Notes: generated by a model not told the origin, from the sequence alone. 64,000 nucleotides of DNA from Calditrichaceae bacterium (GCA_050173015.1 JBFXLE010000002.1:96001-160000), one strand, 5' to 3'; shown: positions 19,641 to 30,805, counted from the first letter of the stretch. Translations and numbers: made by a program.

Positions 19641-20516
19641 ATGGATCAACAATTGAAAAAGTCTTTGCTAAAACTTCAAAAAAATGAGTTATCAGAGTAC
19701 CTGGTCTATAAAAAACTCGCGAGCCAAATAAAAGATAACCATAACAGGGAAGTTCTTGAGCGTATTGCCAATGATGAGTTTGAACATTTTAAATTTCTAA
19801 AAAAATACACTAATGAAGATGTAAAGCCAAGGCGGTTTAAAATTTACTGGTATGTGCTTATTTCAAAAATATTTGGTCTTTCTTTCGGGTTGAAACTAAT
19901 GGAAAAAGGAGAAGATCTGGCCTCCAGAATATATGATGACCTCGCAAGCCAAATTCCTGATATCGCATCTTTAAGCGTTGAAGAACAGCGGCATGAAAAA
20001 GAGCTGCTTGATATATTATCTGAAGAGCGGCTGGAATATGCCGGCGCTATGGTGCTCGGTTTGAATGATGCCCTAGTTGAGCTGACCGGCGCGCTGGCAG
20101 GATTGACATTCGCGCTGCAAAACGCGCAGCTTGTAGCGATTACAGGCTTCGTAACCGGTATCGCGGCTTCGCTATCGATGGCGGCATCCGGGTATCTTTC
20201 ATCTAAGGAAGAAGCGGATCAGAATGAGGCAAAAAGTCCTCTGAAAGCAGCGCTTTATACCGGAGTCGCATATGTCATTACGGTATTACTGCTGATCGCG
20301 CCGTATTTCATTTTTGAAAATATTTTTGTATCTTTATGGGTAATGCTTTTGGTTGGAATTATGATCATTTTTGGCTATACTTTTTATATTACAACCGCAA
20401 AAAATTTAAAGTTCTGGAAAAGATTTCTTGAAATGGCAGCCATTTCTTTAACAGTGGCGTTAATAAGTTTCTTTGTTGGTATCATTATGAAAAAGACCTT
20501 TGGAGTGGATCTGTAA
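19641..20516 (+). CDS. Rubrerythrin/ferritin-like domain fused to a VIT1/CCC1 transporter
   Basis: N-terminal ExxH di-iron motifs (DEFEH, EEQRH); C-terminal VIT1 signature VLGLNDALVE, ASLSMAASGYLS, several TM helices. Confidence 0.88.
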   Translation: MDQQLKKSLLKLQKNELSEYLVYKKLASQIKDNHNREVLERIANDEFEHFKFLKKYTNEDVKPRRFKIYWYVLISKIFGLSFGLKLMEKGEDLASRIYDDLASQIPDIASLSVEEQRHEKELLDILSEERLEYAGAMVLGLNDALVELTGALAGLTFALQNAQLVAITGFVTGIAASLSMAASGYLSSKEEADQNEAKSPLKAALYTGVAYVITVLLLIAPYFIFENIFVSLWVMLLVGIMIIFGYTFYITTAKNLKFWKRFLEMAAISLTVALISFFVGIIMKKTFGVDL

Positions 20517-21151
20517 TGCGGGTTTTGGATTTATCTCACTTGATGTCAAATCACATGCCCGTTTTTCCCGGAACTCCTGATCCTGATTTTAGCGATATCG
20601 GTCAGTTTGAGAGTGATGGATTCAGAGAAAAATTATTGCATATTAGTTCACATACGGGAACACATCTGGATGCTCCGGCCCATATGATTAAAAACGGGAA
20701 AACACTCGATGAATTTGACATGGATAGATTTATAGGAAGCGGTGTCGTTTTGGATGTTACTAATTTTAACCAGGGAGAAATTCCTCTTTCTGCTTTTGAA
20801 AACTCCATTCGGCTCCGGAATATCGATTTTATACTGTTTTATACGGGTCATTCAAAAAAATGGGGCAGCCCCGAATACTTTGAAAAGTCTCCGTTTATAT
20901 CACCTGAATTGGCTGAGATGCTGAGTATGGAAAAGATCAAAGGAATTGGGATCGATTCCATCTCGGTTGACGAAATCTCATCGACAGAATATTTTTCTCA
21001 CCACAAAATTTTGAGCAAAAATATTATTATCGTTGAAAATCTGACAAATCTCGGATTACTTACGGATCAAACCTTCACATTCATTTGTTTACCGTTAAAA
21101 ATTGAAGGTGGTGATGGCTCTCCCGTCCGGGCGGCAGCGCTTGTTTCATAA
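20516..21151 (+). CDS. Cyclase family (kynurenine formamidase-like) metal hydrolase
   Basis: HTGTHLDAPAH, GIDSIS, VENL, GDGSPVRA. Confidence 0.9.
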   Translation: MRVLDLSHLMSNHMPVFPGTPDPDFSDIGQFESDGFREKLLHISSHTGTHLDAPAHMIKNGKTLDEFDMDRFIGSGVVLDVTNFNQGEIPLSAFENSIRLRNIDFILFYTGHSKKWGSPEYFEKSPFISPELAEMLSMEKIKGIGIDSISVDEISSTEYFSHHKILSKNIIIVENLTNLGLLTDQTFTFICLPLKIEGGDGSPVRAAALVS

Positions 21152-21169
21152 AATAAGGACATATCTCAG

Positions 21170-21745
21170 ATGAAAAAAAGATGCGGCTGGGTTCCTGAAA
21201 ATAACCGGCTTTATACGGATTATCATGATATTGAGTGGGGAGTGCCTGTACATGATGATCGAAAATTATTCGAATTTCTGATCCTGGAAGGCTTTCAGGC
21301 GGGATTAAGCTGGAGTACTATCCTGAACAAACGCGAAAATTTTAAACGGGCTTTTGACGAATTTGCCGCTGAAAAAATTGTATCTTATGATCAGCAAAAA
21401 CTGGATGAGCTAATGAATAATCCCGGGATCATAAGAAATAAACTAAAAATCAACGCCGCGGTGACAAACGCCCGGTCGTTTTTAAAAATACAGGATGAGT
21501 TTGGATCGTTCGACGCCTATATCTGGAAGTTTGTAAGTGGAAAAACGATTCAAAACCACTGGAAAACACTCAATGATATTCCCGCAATGACGGAAATATC
21601 AGACGCGATGAGTAAAGATCTAAAACAAAGAGGCTTTAAGTTTGTAGGCTCAACGGTGTGTTACGCTCATATGCAGGCGACAGGAATGGTCAATGACCAT
21701 ACTATAGACTGTTTCAGACATCATGAAGTTAAAATGATGAAATAG
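21170..21745 (+). CDS. tag: DNA-3-methyladenine glycosylase I
   Basis: RCGW, YHDIEWG, EGFQAGLSW, IIRNKLKI, NDHTIDC. Confidence 0.95.
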   Translation: MKKRCGWVPENNRLYTDYHDIEWGVPVHDDRKLFEFLILEGFQAGLSWSTILNKRENFKRAFDEFAAEKIVSYDQQKLDELMNNPGIIRNKLKINAAVTNARSFLKIQDEFGSFDAYIWKFVSGKTIQNHWKTLNDIPAMTEISDAMSKDLKQRGFKFVGSTVCYAHMQATGMVNDHTIDCFRHHEVKMMK

Positions 21746-21752
21746 GGGGAAA

Positions 21753-22676
21753 ATGAGGATCATCATTACCGGGGCAACGGGATTTATCGGGACTCACCTT
21801 ACCAAGAGATTGACCGACAGCGGTCATAAAGTTATTGCCTTGTCGCGAAATCCTAAAAATGCTCAGCGTATTTTGGGCAATGAAATTTCATGTTTGCAAT
21901 GGGCAGGGAAAGACACCACTCCCTGGTTGGATCAGCTAAATGGTGATTATGGGATTATCAATCTTGCCGGAGAAAATATTGCTGCCGGAAGATGGAGCGC
22001 GGATAGAAAACAAAAAATTCTGCGAAGCAGGGTGGATGCGGGTGAAATCATCGTAAATGCTGTTCGGCAGGCGGCAAAGAAACCTGAATTTGTGATGCAG
22101 GCCTCCGCGATCGGTATCTACGGATCATCCAGGGAGCTTATTTTTGACGAAGAAACTCTTCCGGGCAAAGGATTTTTGGCGGATGTCTGTAAACGCTGGG
22201 AAGAAAGCAGTAAAGAGATTGAGAACATGCGGATTCGCCGGATCATCATCAGAACCGGTGTGGTACTTGGGCAAAACGGCGGAATTATGAAAAAGATGTC
22301 GCTACCGTTTAAGCTCTTTATAGGCGGGCCCCCGGGGGATGGAAAACAGGGCTTCTCCTGGATTCATATGGATGATGAGGTAAGAGCAATTCAGTTTTTG
22401 CTTGAATCAAAACATCAAAAAGGGATATTCAATCTAACGGCTCCGAACCCTGTATTCATGACAGACTTTACAAAAATCTACGGGAAAGCGCTGAATCGTC
22501 CATCCTGGTTACCGGTGCCATCCTTTGTACTAAAAACATTATTTGGAGAAATGGCCGAAGAAGTGATTCTAAGCGGTCAGAAAGTCATGCCAAAGGCATT
22601 ATTGAAGGCTGGTTTTACATTTAATTTTCCTGATCTGAAGAATGCGGTGAATGATCTTACGGGATTGAACACGTAG
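21753..22676 (+). CDS. TIGR01777 family NAD-dependent epimerase/oxidoreductase (YfcH-like)
   Basis: ITGATGFIG, INLAGENI..RW, SAIGIYG, SWIH.DD, NLTAPNP. Confidence 0.9.
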   Translation: MRIIITGATGFIGTHLTKRLTDSGHKVIALSRNPKNAQRILGNEISCLQWAGKDTTPWLDQLNGDYGIINLAGENIAAGRWSADRKQKILRSRVDAGEIIVNAVRQAAKKPEFVMQASAIGIYGSSRELIFDEETLPGKGFLADVCKRWEESSKEIENMRIRRIIIRTGVVLGQNGGIMKKMSLPFKLFIGGPPGDGKQGFSWIHMDDEVRAIQFLLESKHQKGIFNLTAPNPVFMTDFTKIYGKALNRPSWLPVPSFVLKTLFGEMAEEVILSGQKVMPKALLKAGFTFNFPDLKNAVNDLTGLNT

Positions 22677-22712
22677 GGTGATAACGATTACGAAAATTAA
22701 GGCGGATAAAGA

Positions 22713-24254
22713 ATGATTTCAAAAGTGTATTCAGCTGCGTTGATGGGTATTAATGCATATCAGGTTGAAGTAGAGACACATCTGGAAGGAAATGTTCCGT
22801 ATTTTGGGATTGTTGGACTTCCGGACAATGCTGTGCGGGAAAGCCGTGAAAGAGTCGTGGCAGCGATAAAAAATTCCGGTTATAAATTTGTGCATCAAAG
22901 ACGCATTACCATCAATTTAGCTCCCGCGGATATCAAAAAGGAAGGATCTTCATATGACCTGCCGATCGCGATAGGGATTCTCAGCGCTCAGGGAGATATT
23001 GCAGTAGATCGCATCAATAAATATATGATTTTAGGGGAGCTTGCTCTTGACGGAAGTCTGCGTCCCATTCATGGTTCTCTCTCCATTGCGGTAAAGGCAA
23101 AGGAATTGGGATTTAAGGGTATGATTGTCCCGGAGGAGAATGCCAGGGAAGCCGCGATGGGAAGTCCTGAATTAGATATCTACCCCATGGGTAATTTAGT
23201 AGATGTGGTAAATTTTTTAAATAATCTGGCTCCTTTTGACCCGATTAAAGTGGATATCAGGGAATTATTTCTTCAGGAACGGAAATCTAAACTAGATTTC
23301 AGTGATGTCCGCGGGCAGGAACATGTAAAAAGAGCGCTTGAAGTCGCCGCGGCGGGCGGTCACAATATTATTATGATCGGGCCTCCGGGTTCGGGAAAAA
23401 CAATGCTGGCAAAACGATTCCCGACGATACTGCCCCTAATGACCCTTGATGAGGCGATTGAGACCACAAAAATACATTCTGTGGCCGGTTTAATTCCATC
23501 AGATCACGGGCTCGTGGCGACACGCCCCTTTCGTTCTCCGCATCACACAATTTCCGATGCCGCGCTTGTTGGTGGCGGAAAATACCCGAGACCGGGTGAA
23601 GTGAGCCTCGCGCATCATGGCGTCCTGTTCCTCGATGAACTTCCCGAATTTAAAAAAAATGTGCTTGAAGTAATGCGCCAGCCGATGGAAGACGGCCGGG
23701 TAACTATTTCAAGGGCGGCGTTATCACTCACATATCCCGCGAATTTCATGTTAACGGCGGCGATGAATCCCTGTCCATGCGGTTATTTTGGCGATCCCGG
23801 CAGATCATGTTCATGCGCGCCAGCGCAAATCCAAAAATATCTAACCCGGATTTCCGGCCCGCTTCTAGATAGAATAGATATCCACGTGGATGTTCCCGCT
23901 GTTAATTTTAAGGAACTTTCATCGGATAGAAAAGGCGAATCCAGCGCGGTGATCAGGGAAAGAGTACAGGCCGCGAGAGAAATTCAGCTTGACCGTTTTA
24001 AGTCGGAGAAACATATTTTCAGCAATGCGGGGATGCTACCTTCAGAAATTAGAAAATACTGTAAAATTGATGAAGACGGCCAGGAATTACTCAAAATTGC
24101 CATAAATCGCCTGGGGTTATCCGCGCGGGCATACGATCGAATTTTAAAAGTATCAAGAACCATCGCGGATCTTGCCGGAAGCCATTCCATTCTTCCCGAA
24201 CATATCAGCGAAGCCATCCAATACCGAAGTCTTGACCGGGAACTTTGGCAATAA
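22713..24254 (+). CDS. comM: YifB/ComM family Mg-chelatase-like AAA+ ATPase
   Basis: [65 protein letters not shown]. Confidence 0.92.
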   Translation: MISKVYSAALMGINAYQVEVETHLEGNVPYFGIVGLPDNAVRESRERVVAAIKNSGYKFVHQRRITINLAPADIKKEGSSYDLPIAIGILSAQGDIAVDRINKYMILGELALDGSLRPIHGSLSIAVKAKELGFKGMIVPEENAREAAMGSPELDIYPMGNLVDVVNFLNNLAPFDPIKVDIRELFLQERKSKLDFSDVRGQEHVKRALEVAAAGGHNIIMIGPPGSGKTMLAKRFPTILPLMTLDEAIETTKIHSVAGLIPSDHGLVATRPFRSPHHTISDAALVGGGKYPRPGEVSLAHHGVLFLDELPEFKKNVLEVMRQPMEDGRVTISRAALSLTYPANFMLTAAMNPCPCGYFGDPGRSCSCAPAQIQKYLTRISGPLLDRIDIHVDVPAVNFKELSSDRKGESSAVIRERVQAAREIQLDRFKSEKHIFSNAGMLPSEIRKYCKIDEDGQELLKIAINRLGLSARAYDRILKVSRTIADLAGSHSILPEHISEAIQYRSLDRELWQ

Positions 24255-24287
24255 ATCAGTAGAAATGTTAAAATTCCGGATTGTTAG

Positions 24288-24316
24288 TTGCTTTATAAAA
24301 TCCAGTTAGTTAAATT
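24288..24316 (+). promoter_or_regulatory. Putative sigma70-type promoter for korAB
   Basis: TTGCTT-17 bp-TAAATT, 55 bp upstream of the ATG. Confidence 0.5.
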
Positions 24317-24371
24317 TAATAAAATGTAGAACTTAATGAATTAAATCACATAACCCTTAATTTTTTATAGG

Positions 24372-26222
24372 ATGGCTAGTATGAGTACCAAAGAAGTCAA
24401 AGAACTGGAACGAGTGACTATCCGTTTTGCCGGTGATTCAGGTGATGGGATGCAGTTGACCGGTGGCCAGTTCACGGACACAACAGCGCTTGAAGGCAAT
24501 GATCTGATTACATTACCGGATTATCCGGCAGAAATCAGAGCACCGGCCGGCACACTTTTTGGTGTTTCCGGATTTCAAATACAATTCAGTAGTGCGAAGG
24601 TTCACACACCAGGCGATTCCCCTGATGTGCTCGTCGCGATGAATCCCGCCGCGCTGAAGGTCAGTCTTAGGCAATTAAAAGACAATGGTATTATTATAGT
24701 TAATACGGACGCATTTCAGGGCAGGAATCTGGAACTTGCCGGGTACGAATCAAATCCTCTTGAAGATGATACTCTGAAGGGATTTCAGGTATTCCCTGTA
24801 CCCATCACAAATCTGACACGAGAGGCTTTAACAGAATCTTCTCTCACTGTCAAAGAAAAAGACCGTTGCAAGAATTTCTTTGCTTTGGGAATAGCATACT
24901 GGATGTTTTCAAGACCCATGGATAACACCCTGAACTGGATAAATACTAAATTTAAGAAAAACCCGGAATTGATTGATGCAAATACCAAAGCGCTTAACGC
25001 CGGCTATTCCTACGCGTTGTCAACTGAAATCTTCACAACTTCATACAAAGTGTCAAAAGCTCAAAAAACTCCCGGTACTTACAGAAATATTACCGGTAAT
25101 GAGGCGATCGCGCTTGGATTTATAACCGCGGCAAAAAAAGCAAATTTGGAGCTTTTTCTCGGAAGTTATCCCATAACTCCGGCCAGCGATATCCTGCACG
25201 AACTATCAAAATATCGTAACTATGACGTGAAGACTTTTCAGGCCGAAGATGAGATCGCCGGAATTGGATCTGCTCTCGGAGCATCATTTGCGGGGGATTT
25301 GGCGATTACAACCACAAGCGGTCCCGGTGTGGCGCTTAAAACAGAGTTCATAGGGCTCGCGGTAATGCTTGAGCTCCCGTTAGTTATTGTTAATGTACAG
25401 CGCGGAGGTCCGAGTACAGGACTGCCGACAAAAACAGAGCAGGCCGATCTGCTTCAGGCTGTTTATGGCAGGAACGGTGAAGCGCCTATACCCGTTATTG
25501 CGGCAGAAAGCCCGTCTGATTGCTTTGCGGCTGCATTTGAGGCGGCAAAGATTGCTCTCGAATTCACGATTCCGGTTATGCTTTTAACTGACGGTTATAT
25601 CGCCAATGGCGCTGAGCCCTGGTTACTTCCGAATGTTGATGAAATTCCTGAGATTAAAATGGAATTCGCGACAGATCCTGAGACCTTTATGCCATACAAA
25701 CGTAATCCTGAGACACTTGCCAGAATGCTGGCGCTCCCAGGAACGCCGGGGTTAGAACATCGAATCGGCGGTCTTGAAAAAGAAGACATCACCGGAAACG
25801 TTTCATACGATCCGGCAAATCATCATAAAATGATCAGCATTAGAGCTGAAAAGGTTAACCGTGTTGGTAATTTTGTGGATGAACCGGAAATTTTCGGAGA
25901 TCCTGAAGGAGATTTACTGATTGTCAGTTGGGGCAGTACATATGGTTCCATTTTTACGGCTATGGAAGAAATCCAAAAGAGAGGTCACAAGGTTTCCTGG
26001 TATCATCTGAGATGGGTACATCCGTTCCCGAAGAAACTGGGCGAATATATAAAGAATTTTAAACAGATTCTCGTTCCGGAAATTAATATGGGACAGTTGG
26101 TAAAATTAATTCGCTCGGAATATTTGGTGGATGCGCAGGGGTTGAATATTATGAGAGGTCTGCCACTCAGAACATCGGATATCATAGAAGGAATTGAATC
26201 AAAACTGAAAGGGGTTAAATAA
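24372..26222 (+). CDS. korA: 2-oxoacid:ferredoxin oxidoreductase alpha subunit (gamma-alpha fused)
   Basis: RFAGDSGDGMQLTG, YPAEIRAP, SYPITPAS, QAEDEIA, TSGPG, QRGGPSTGLPTK; substrate specificity not determinable. Confidence 0.92.
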   Translation: MASMSTKEVKELERVTIRFAGDSGDGMQLTGGQFTDTTALEGNDLITLPDYPAEIRAPAGTLFGVSGFQIQFSSAKVHTPGDSPDVLVAMNPAALKVSLRQLKDNGIIIVNTDAFQGRNLELAGYESNPLEDDTLKGFQVFPVPITNLTREALTESSLTVKEKDRCKNFFALGIAYWMFSRPMDNTLNWINTKFKKNPELIDANTKALNAGYSYALSTEIFTTSYKVSKAQKTPGTYRNITGNEAIALGFITAAKKANLELFLGSYPITPASDILHELSKYRNYDVKTFQAEDEIAGIGSALGASFAGDLAITTTSGPGVALKTEFIGLAVMLELPLVIVNVQRGGPSTGLPTKTEQADLLQAVYGRNGEAPIPVIAAESPSDCFAAAFEAAKIALEFTIPVMLLTDGYIANGAEPWLLPNVDEIPEIKMEFATDPETFMPYKRNPETLARMLALPGTPGLEHRIGGLEKEDITGNVSYDPANHHKMISIRAEKVNRVGNFVDEPEIFGDPEGDLLIVSWGSTYGSIFTAMEEIQKRGHKVSWYHLRWVHPFPKKLGEYIKNFKQILVPEINMGQLVKLIRSEYLVDAQGLNIMRGLPLRTSDIIEGIESKLKGVK

Positions 26223-27259
26223 TGTCGGAGAATCTTTCAAAAGATATAAAACCTCTGGGTCTTACCCGTGAAGATTTTTCTTCCGATCAGGAAACACGCT
26301 GGTGTCCGGGTTGTGGTGACTATTCCATTCTGGCGCAAATGAAAAAAGTGTTGCCTGAACTTGGAATTCCCAGAGAGAAATTTGTTTTTGTTTCAGGAAT
26401 TGGTTGTTCAAGCCGGTTCCCTTATTATGTTAATACATACGGTATCCACAGTATACATGGACGCGCGCCGGTGATGGCATCGGGATTAAAACTTGCTAAC
26501 CCCGACCTGAAAGTATTTGTAGTCACGGGTGACGGCGACGCCTTAAGTATCGGCGGTAACCATTTTATCCATCTCTGCCGAAGAAATATCGATATTACGG
26601 TAATCTTGTTTAACAATCAGATATACGGTCTAACCAAGGGACAGTATTCGCCAACTTCTGAAAAAGGTAAAGTGACCAAATCTTCTCCCTACGGAACGGT
26701 CGAAAATCCGTTTAATCCTGTTCAGATGGCCCTTGCGGCCGGCGCCACCTTTGTGGCCAGATCGATTGACAGAGATCCAAAACATCTTGCGGAAATGCTT
26801 ATGAAAGCGGCAAATCATAAAGGGACCAGTTTTGTCGAAGTCTATCAGAATTGTAATATATTCAATAATGGCGCTTTTAGCGCGATGACGGACGCTAAGA
26901 CAAAAAAGGATAATGTTCTGTTGATGGAAGACGGAAAGCCTTATATCTTTGGCAATGATTCCGATAAAGCATTAAACTGGATGGGCACAAATTTTGAGAT
27001 TGTAAAGACAGGTGATCTCAAATCGCAGGAAGATTTGCTGAAACATGATGAACATGCGGGACGCGCGGCAATGGAATTTATGCTTGCCAGTCTGACGTAT
27101 GATCCCTCTTATCCGACTCCGATCGGCGTATTCAGAGATATAAAAGCCGATACCTATGATGATCTGCTAACGCGTCAGATCCAGTTCGTCAAAGATAAAA
27201 AAGGTGAGGGTGATTTGCACTCGTTATTGTATTCAGGAAGTACTTTCGAAGTTAAATAA
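26222..27259 (+). CDS. korB: 2-oxoacid:ferredoxin oxidoreductase beta subunit
   Basis: WCPGCGD, SGIGCSSR, HGR, TPP motif GDGD...NN, YGLTKGQ. Confidence 0.92.
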   Translation: MSENLSKDIKPLGLTREDFSSDQETRWCPGCGDYSILAQMKKVLPELGIPREKFVFVSGIGCSSRFPYYVNTYGIHSIHGRAPVMASGLKLANPDLKVFVVTGDGDALSIGGNHFIHLCRRNIDITVILFNNQIYGLTKGQYSPTSEKGKVTKSSPYGTVENPFNPVQMALAAGATFVARSIDRDPKHLAEMLMKAANHKGTSFVEVYQNCNIFNNGAFSAMTDAKTKKDNVLLMEDGKPYIFGNDSDKALNWMGTNFEIVKTGDLKSQEDLLKHDEHAGRAAMEFMLASLTYDPSYPTPIGVFRDIKADTYDDLLTRQIQFVKDKKGEGDLHSLLYSGSTFEVK

Positions 27260-27287
27260 CAATAACATATATTCGGGTAAGAAATAC

Positions 27288-27323
27288 AAAAAAGGCAGGA
27301 ATATTCATTCTTGCCTTTTTTTT
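27288..27323 (+). terminator. Rho-independent terminator (possibly bidirectional)
   Basis: AAAAAAGGCAGGAAT / ATTCTTGCCTTTTTT stem followed by a T-tract after korB. Confidence 0.85.
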
Positions 27324-27421
27324 AGTTTTTTTTGGTTAATAATTTTGTATTTTTTCCGATAAGTAAATATGAATTAAAAATTTAATCACACCAGGTCATA
27401 TACATTAGAAGAAAAAATATT

Positions 27422-28399
27422 ATGGATGATAATTACATCTTGGCATCAGAGGCAGGAAGACCTAAGATACTTATTGTGGATGATTCCGCAGAAAATATAG
27501 AAATCATCGAGCATATTCTGGAAGATCTTAATTATGATATCAGTGAAGCATTTAACGGAACTGAGGCGCTTGAAAAAATAAATAAAATAAATCCTGATCT
27601 GATACTTTTGGATGTAGTTATGCCGGGGATGAGCGGATTTGAAGTCGCGAAGCATATAAAAAGTCGTCCGGATACAAGATTAATACCCATCATTATGGTT
27701 ACCGCGCTGGACGGACAACAAGACCGGTTGAAGGGACTAAATGCCGGAGTTGATGATTTTATCACGAAACCGGTGAATATTTTTGAACTCAGAGCGCGTA
27801 TCAATAATTTGCTTAGACTTCGTGATTATATAAGCGAACTGGAACACGCGGAACAAGTGATTTTTAGCCTGGCCAGAACAGTTGAAGCCAAAGACCGTTA
27901 TACCGAAGGCCATTGTGAAAGGTTGTCCACGCTGGCGGAAAAATTAGGTTCAAAACTTGGTCTGTCCGAACAGGATCTGACAATCCTGAGAAGAGGCGGA
28001 ATATTGCATGACATCGGAAAAATTGCCATCAGTGATGCCATTCTGTTAAAACCGGGACCACTTACATCCGGTGAATATGATATTATCAAGCAGCACCCGG
28101 AGATTGGTGAAAGGATTTGTGCTCCGCTCAAGACACTCCGCCCGGTTTTACCGACCATACGCTATCATCAGGAACGGTTTAACGGGAGCGGCTATCCGGA
28201 CGGGCTTGCTGGCCATGATATCCCTATCCATGCCAGAATAATAGGAATTGTGGATTGTTATGATGCTTTGACGACCAAGAGAACGTACAGGGGGGCGCTG
28301 AGTCATAATGAAGCCTTTAGAATCATGCGGGATGAAACGCGGCATGGACTCTGGGATCCGGAGATTATGAATGTTTTTGACAACATGATGCATTCCTGA
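27422..28399 (+). CDS. Response regulator with HD-GYP phosphodiesterase domain (RpfG-like)
   Basis: REC domain (IVDD, LLDVVMP, T, KP) plus YTEGH, HDIGK, HQERFNGSGYPDG. Confidence 0.92.
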   Translation: MDDNYILASEAGRPKILIVDDSAENIEIIEHILEDLNYDISEAFNGTEALEKINKINPDLILLDVVMPGMSGFEVAKHIKSRPDTRLIPIIMVTALDGQQDRLKGLNAGVDDFITKPVNIFELRARINNLLRLRDYISELEHAEQVIFSLARTVEAKDRYTEGHCERLSTLAEKLGSKLGLSEQDLTILRRGGILHDIGKIAISDAILLKPGPLTSGEYDIIKQHPEIGERICAPLKTLRPVLPTIRYHQERFNGSGYPDGLAGHDIPIHARIIGIVDCYDALTTKRTYRGALSHNEAFRIMRDETRHGLWDPEIMNVFDNMMHS

Positions 28400-28653
28400 C
28401 AAATCATAAATATCCGTAAACAAATTCTTTATAAATATATATTGCGAACTCAGATTCGTGCCGATCGACCTTATTTTCGGTAAATAAAATAATATTTGAG
28501 CGCAATGATGCATTCCCTTAACTTTATCATCGTTGACGGTTTATTATTGTATTCAAAATTCTTGTAATTAAAAGTAAAAATGTTTATTTTGTATAATAAA
28601 TTTCGGTTTGCTTTAGAAAAGTCGGAATCTCAACCATTTTTATGAGGCCACAT

Positions 28654-28986
28654 ATGCGCGTTATCAGTATCTTTTTCTGGATCATATTTGGTGCAATAAT
28701 TCTTTGGTTTTTTACCCTGAATCTCGGGTCAAGGGTTGATATTTATCTGTTCAATTCTTTATATGAACAGGTGCCTGTCGTTACCGTAATTTTTATTTCA
28801 TTATTTGTCGGAGTCGTTCTGGGCGCGCTTCTGCTTTCAACCCAGCTTCTCAAGGCCAAGGGACAGGTTTCAGGTATTCGTAAGGAAAATAAACGTCTCG
28901 TTAAAGAACTGGAGGGATTAAGAAATCTTTCCATCGATGAAATTCCTGATACGGATACGAGAATCGGACCGGATAAAGATAATTAA
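28654..28986 (+). CDS. lapA: LapA family (lipopolysaccharide assembly protein A-like)
   Basis: Two TM helices flanking an N..V motif, then a coiled coil; directly upstream of lapB-like gene; start could be 28642. Confidence 0.75.
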   Translation: MRVISIFFWIIFGAIILWFFTLNLGSRVDIYLFNSLYEQVPVVTVIFISLFVGVVLGALLLSTQLLKAKGQVSGIRKENKRLVKELEGLRNLSIDEIPDTDTRIGPDKDN

Positions 28987-29003
28987 TATGGCAGGATATT
29001 GAA

Positions 29004-30155
29004 ATGAGTGAGAACTTTGTTGCTCAATTTTGGATTATTACAACCCTGCTGCTTGCCGGGGCCGCTTTAGTTTATATTTTTTATTATTGGAAACGCGATG
29101 AAGATGCTCCGCCTCATAAGGACTCTTACCTGCTCGCCTTAAAATATATGGCTGAAAATGATCATCGCAGGGCTATTGAAAAATTTAAGGAAACCGTCAG
29201 GTATAATACGGAAAATATAGACGCCTACCTAAAATTGGGCGATATTCTTCGCAAGGAAGGGCTCTTTACAAATGCCGTGCGGATCCATAAAGATCTGACC
29301 CTCAGAGGTGATATAAATTCTGCAGAACTTCCAAAAGTCTGGTATAGTCTGGCGATGGACTATTTGGATTCTAAAAAAATGGATAATGCCGAAACTTACC
29401 TTGAAAAATTGATCAAGAATGATCAATATCATGAGGAAGTTTTGCCTTACCTCGTGAAAATATATGAGAGCAAGAATGATTATGAACGCGCCTTTAATTT
29501 ATTAAAGACCGTTAAATCAGGGGATTTAAAAAAAATAAAGCGGCGGATGGCGATTTACAAGATTCTGCAGGCTATCGAGGCGGGGAATAAAGGTGAAGGG
29601 AAAAATTCAAGAATCATCTTTAAGGAAGCGATAAAGATTGATCCTTCCTGTGCGGCGGCGTTTCTTTATATTGGTGATTCATATATGCGGGAAAACCGCC
29701 CTGACGATGCTATCGATACATGGACGGATTATTGTAAAAAGCATCCCAAAGAGGCTCATATTCTTTTTTCCAGGCTCGAAAAAGCCTGGTATGAAAAAGG
29801 ACAGTTTAGCAAAATTGAAGAACTGTATGAATCAATTCTGGCAAGTGATCCTGAAAATATAAAGGCATTGTTGTCCCTTTCAAGCATTTACAGAAAGAAA
29901 GGGGATTATCAATCCGCTCTGAATCTTATTCAGGATGGAATGAAACAGGATATGAATGACAAAATCCTAAAAGCTGAAATTGTTCATATTTTAACCGAAA
30001 AAGGTCAGTTCAAAGATGCGAGTAAACAGGCCCTGGAGTTGATCGATGGATATCTTGAAACATCTTCGAGCAAGTACTCGTGTCCATATTGTGACTATAA
30101 ATCCGATGAACTATTCTGGAAATGCCCGAAATGCAGCGAATTGAATATAGATTGA
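29004..30155 (+). CDS. lapB: LapB-like TPR protein with C-terminal rubredoxin motif
   Basis: N-terminal TM, TPRs (LGDILRKEG..AVRIH), C-terminal CPYC...WKCPKC. Confidence 0.85.
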   Translation: MSENFVAQFWIITTLLLAGAALVYIFYYWKRDEDAPPHKDSYLLALKYMAENDHRRAIEKFKETVRYNTENIDAYLKLGDILRKEGLFTNAVRIHKDLTLRGDINSAELPKVWYSLAMDYLDSKKMDNAETYLEKLIKNDQYHEEVLPYLVKIYESKNDYERAFNLLKTVKSGDLKKIKRRMAIYKILQAIEAGNKGEGKNSRIIFKEAIKIDPSCAAAFLYIGDSYMRENRPDDAIDTWTDYCKKHPKEAHILFSRLEKAWYEKGQFSKIEELYESILASDPENIKALLSLSSIYRKKGDYQSALNLIQDGMKQDMNDKILKAEIVHILTEKGQFKDASKQALELIDGYLETSSSKYSCPYCDYKSDELFWKCPKCSELNID

Positions 30156-30802
30156 CAAAATTTCTTTTTATTGTTTTTTTATTGTCAGCATTCGCAAATG
30201 GCCAAGCGCAGAATAATAATGAACTTATCGAGCTTTATGAACAGCATGAATTTGCTCTGTTAAAAGGGAAAATTGAGGGGATTCAGGGTACTTACACCAC
30301 CACTCCCGAATATAGATTTTTTAAAGCGGTATTTATTGAAAACGGAGAAGAAGCACAGAAGGAGTATAAATATATATTTGATAATGGAAAAGGCCGGATA
30401 AAATATCATGCGGCATACAAGATGATGGATTATAACTTTGCGCGCGGTTATTATAATACGGCTGAAATTTATCAAAAATATGTATTGGATAATGAGCTCA
30501 GCCCGGGAGCAACTGTCGATAAAAGCAAAGATTCTACAGTCCCGGATTTACCTGAACCGGGAAAGAACGATGATGTAGTATTTATTCAGGTCGGAGCCTT
30601 TGGTTTTAGGGAAAACGCGGTTCAGCTGAGAAATATGTTAAGTACGCAGAATATTGACTCGAAGATCATAGAACGAGAAATAAACGACAAAAAATTATTT
30701 TGTGTATGGGTTGACGGTCTTGATAATTTAGATGATACGCTTAAATTTGCAAATGAAATAAAAGAAAAATATGATTTGGATTACCGTATTATCAAAAGGT
30801 AA
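30131..30802 (+). CDS. Secreted SPOR-domain protein
   Basis: Signal peptide (FLFIVFLLSAFA), C-terminal IQVGAF..RENA SPOR motif; start uncertain (30131 ATG or 30152 TTG). Confidence 0.75.
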   Translation: MQRIEYRLTKFLFIVFLLSAFANGQAQNNNELIELYEQHEFALLKGKIEGIQGTYTTTPEYRFFKAVFIENGEEAQKEYKYIFDNGKGRIKYHAAYKMMDYNFARGYYNTAEIYQKYVLDNELSPGATVDKSKDSTVPDLPEPGKNDDVVFIQVGAFGFRENAVQLRNMLSTQNIDSKIIEREINDKKLFCVWVDGLDNLDDTLKFANEIKEKYDLDYRIIKR

Positions 30803-30805
30803 AGG

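Noticed and set aside
19617-19643. The methyltransferase TGA is in frame with the downstream rubrerythrin-VIT1 ORF
   Set aside because: The 21 bp spacer holds a clear RBS (GAGGAG), both proteins are complete, and in-frame spacing has a one-in-three chance
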